A DNA stretch of 64,000 nucleotides, taken from contig NC_043015.1 in assembly GCF_006345805.1 (NCBI RefSeq), positions 35,340,001 through 35,404,000 of the forward strand. Reading direction: 5' to 3'. The stretch's first letter is position 1. Each line of letters begins with the position of its first letter. The position numbers and the translations under genes are program-made. The DNA comes from Octopus sinensis. Lineage: Eukaryota. Positions 61,740-64,000 of this stretch are shown here, piece by piece. Under the pieces are notes generated by a model. That model searched no databases. It was not told the origin of the DNA and saw only the letters and a program-made list of their open reading frames with translations.

Positions 61740-62180
61740 TGAATTTATCTTTACATTTGTCTTCTCAGGTGTTCTTTGACCATAAACAAACAACATCCTC
61801 ACTATCAAAACAGATTTGCTTGCAGTCAATAGTAAAATCATATCCAGACTTCTAGACATGTCTTGACATACTGCACATCATCATCATCATCACTGATTCA
61901 TTCAAACAGTTTCATTTGTTTTCTAGTTCACTTTTTAATTGTTTATCATTCAATAGACTAGGTATTATTACCTTGACTGAAAACAGGTGAGAAAACTGAC
62001 AGAGAATCTGCCTCAAGTAGGGAAAGTGGGCATTAAGACAGTCATGATGATAATGATAATTATGATGAGATACATATATATGTGTGTGTGTGTGTATTAC
62101 ATTCATTATCATTGTCATCAATGCCATGATCATCATCAGAGTTGATCCAGATCAAAATAACAACAACAGTTAATACTTAC

Positions 62181-62515
62181 TCAGAGCGATCTTCATATTT
62201 GAATCGTGCCAAAATCTTATGGTAGTCTTCATAATTGACTTTCTTTAACTGTTCCTGGACACAGCTGACCAATCTTTCAAAATTAACTTCAGGGTCTTTT
62301 TTGTTGCCATAGTGACGAGCCAGCACAAGAATTTCATGTTCACAAAGGTCTAATTGGTATTCAGACAACACCGATGAGAAATCATGGTAGCTGACAACTG
62401 ATGAAGACTTATCACCATTTGTTTTTGCATAGAACTTCCTCAGCAAATCATTTCTTCCAATTTTTCTGGAGTTTTTAATTTTTTCAAGGATCAGCTTTAT
62501 GTTTGAAGCTGGAAA
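62181..62515 (-). CDS. EFHC2: EFHC2-like coding exon (EF-hand region); upstream exons lie beyond the window end
   Basis: TTTCTTTAACTGAACAG|TTT...TCTGA|GTAAGT, phase 0 to 2. FPASNIKLILEKIK..SYHDFSSVL..LCEHEILVLARHY..QEQLKKVNYEDY..YEDRS matches human EFHC2 YPFSNLKLALQKLK..DYNTFRDIL..LAEQEFVTIARHY..HEKFKKNMFENF..YEDRE. Confidence 0.88.
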
Positions 62516-62654
62516 CTGTTCAGTTAAAGAAAAAGAAAACAAATAAAAAATCATAAGAAAGGTGCGAAAATGGTAAAAGCAAAATCCTCATCATGGTCAA
62601 CATCACTATTATTATCATCATTTACATCTATATCATCATCATCTTCTACAATCT

Positions 62655-64000
62655 TCTAAAAAAAAGGGTGATAGAAAGCTGTTTTCCAACTATAGAGGCA
62701 TCAGCTTGATCGATGTGGCTGCCAAAACCTTTGCAATCCCTCTTCTGAAGAGGTTTCAGGCCATCCGTGATGTCCGTATTTGCCTTCTCAGGGCGGCTTC
62801 CATCCCGGGAGAGGGTGCGTTGATCAAATCTTCAGTCTCCGGCGAGTCCTGGAACAGCAGTGGGTGCACCAACAACCTACTGTCTCTGCTTCATCGATTT
62901 TGCGGCTGCCTTCGACTCGGTGGATCGGAGGCCTTCTGGTGTATTATGCAGGCGGATGGTATTCGTGTGAAGCTGCTAAACCTCATACAGGGCTACTATT
63001 GTTCAACGAGGGCTCGTGTGAGGGTCTATGGCAGAGAGACAGAGCCGTTTGATGTCATTACCGGTGTTTGACAGGGTTGTGCACTCTCACCAACCCTATT
63101 CAATTACGCCATCGATTACATTCTCAACACTTCACTTCAGGACTACCCAGGCATAGAGTCTGGGAGAGAAGTCGTGGTGACGGACCTGGCCTACACAGAT
63201 AACATTGCGCTCTTGGGTCCTAACTGGGCAGATGTCCAAGTTGGTCTTGAAAGGGTGCATGCAGCAACTGTTGGTCTTCGGATCAATGCTGGTAGAACCA
63301 AAGTGATGACGTCTCTGGTTGCAGCAGATGACTGGTAGCCAATTGTTCTCAAGGGTGTAGAGCTAGAGGATGTGGAGTCCTTCGTCTACATGGGTTTAAC
63401 GGTGGTTTGAACGGGCCAGGGTGCAGCCAAGGTTGAGTGTCGCATAGGTGCTGCCAGATCTGCATCATGCGCCTCCAGTGGTGCCTGTGGGACAGAAGAG
63501 AGATCTTCTCGGTGACCAAAGGGCGAATCTACCAGGCCATTGTTCATACTGTCCTCCTATATTGTTGTGAAACATGGCCTATGAGGGTAGTCGATCAGTG
63601 AAGGCTGAGGGTGTTTGACAATGACTGTTTACGCCACATTGATCGGGTTCCTACAGCTGGTCTTCGTCATCGCCTGAACCTCCAGCCCCCTCCCTTCGGT
63701 GCTTCTACAACAGCGTTTAAGATGGTTCGGTCATGCGGCCCGGTGTCCAGAGAGTGAGCTGATTCACGATGTCCTCCTCCCACCTCCACTTCCCAACTGG
63801 TGCAAATGCAAAGGCAGGCAGCTGCAGACCTGGGCAACAACAATAAAGGAGGACCTCTCCAAACTCTCAGGTCCTCAGGTGGTCGGTCTGCACAGATGGA
63901 ACTGCAAATGGCTCGCTATCTCCAGTGACTTCACACAGGACCGTTGAGTGTGGGCAGCCATGGTTCTTGCTGCCGTCAGGACCAGAGAAGAAGCTGGCTC
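62655..64000 (+). mobile_element. Decayed RTE LINE reverse transcriptase (truncated by window end)
   Basis: NYRGISLIDVAAKTFA, QGGFHPGRGCVDQIFSLRRVLEQ, FIDFAAAFDSVDR, QGCALSPTLFNYAID, DLAYTDNI and RLRWFGHAAR. Confidence 0.9.

Overview
This window is AT-rich, microsatellite-rich animal genomic DNA. The repeat landscape (RTE-tail elements with (GAT)n ends, tRNA-derived SINEs, Penelope-like elements) resembles an octopus/cephalopod genome; that taxon call is an inference. Two spliced ciliary genes lie in tandem on the minus strand. The first is the last three coding exons of an EFHC2-like gene (62515 to 50291, 205 aa plus stop). The second is the first twelve coding exons of axonemal inner-arm dynein heavy chain DNAH1 (33419 to 1902, 653 codons, continuing beyond the window start). 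All exons were joined by hand with GT-AG boundaries and consistent phases. A candidate DNAH1 promoter near 42.9 kb has an RFX X-box and a CCAAT box, with a second X-box at 43.5 kb. Introns and intergenic DNA are filled with transposon relics: piggyBac, mariner, RTE, CR1/L2, Tx1, Hero-like LINEs, several Penelope-like elements, a Gypsy-like LTR element lacking protease/RT, a Helitron-like element and SINEs. The most unusual signal is a recurring fold-back architecture. It includes a 426-bp palindrome whose arms each carry a tRNA-like head plus a minimal hammerhead-ribozyme motif, two GIY-YIG Penelope fragments bracketed by ~270-bp inverted repeats, and further intronic hairpins. Protein identifications come from recalled family sequences, not database searches. 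TE boundaries are approximate unless TIR/LTR ends are quoted.
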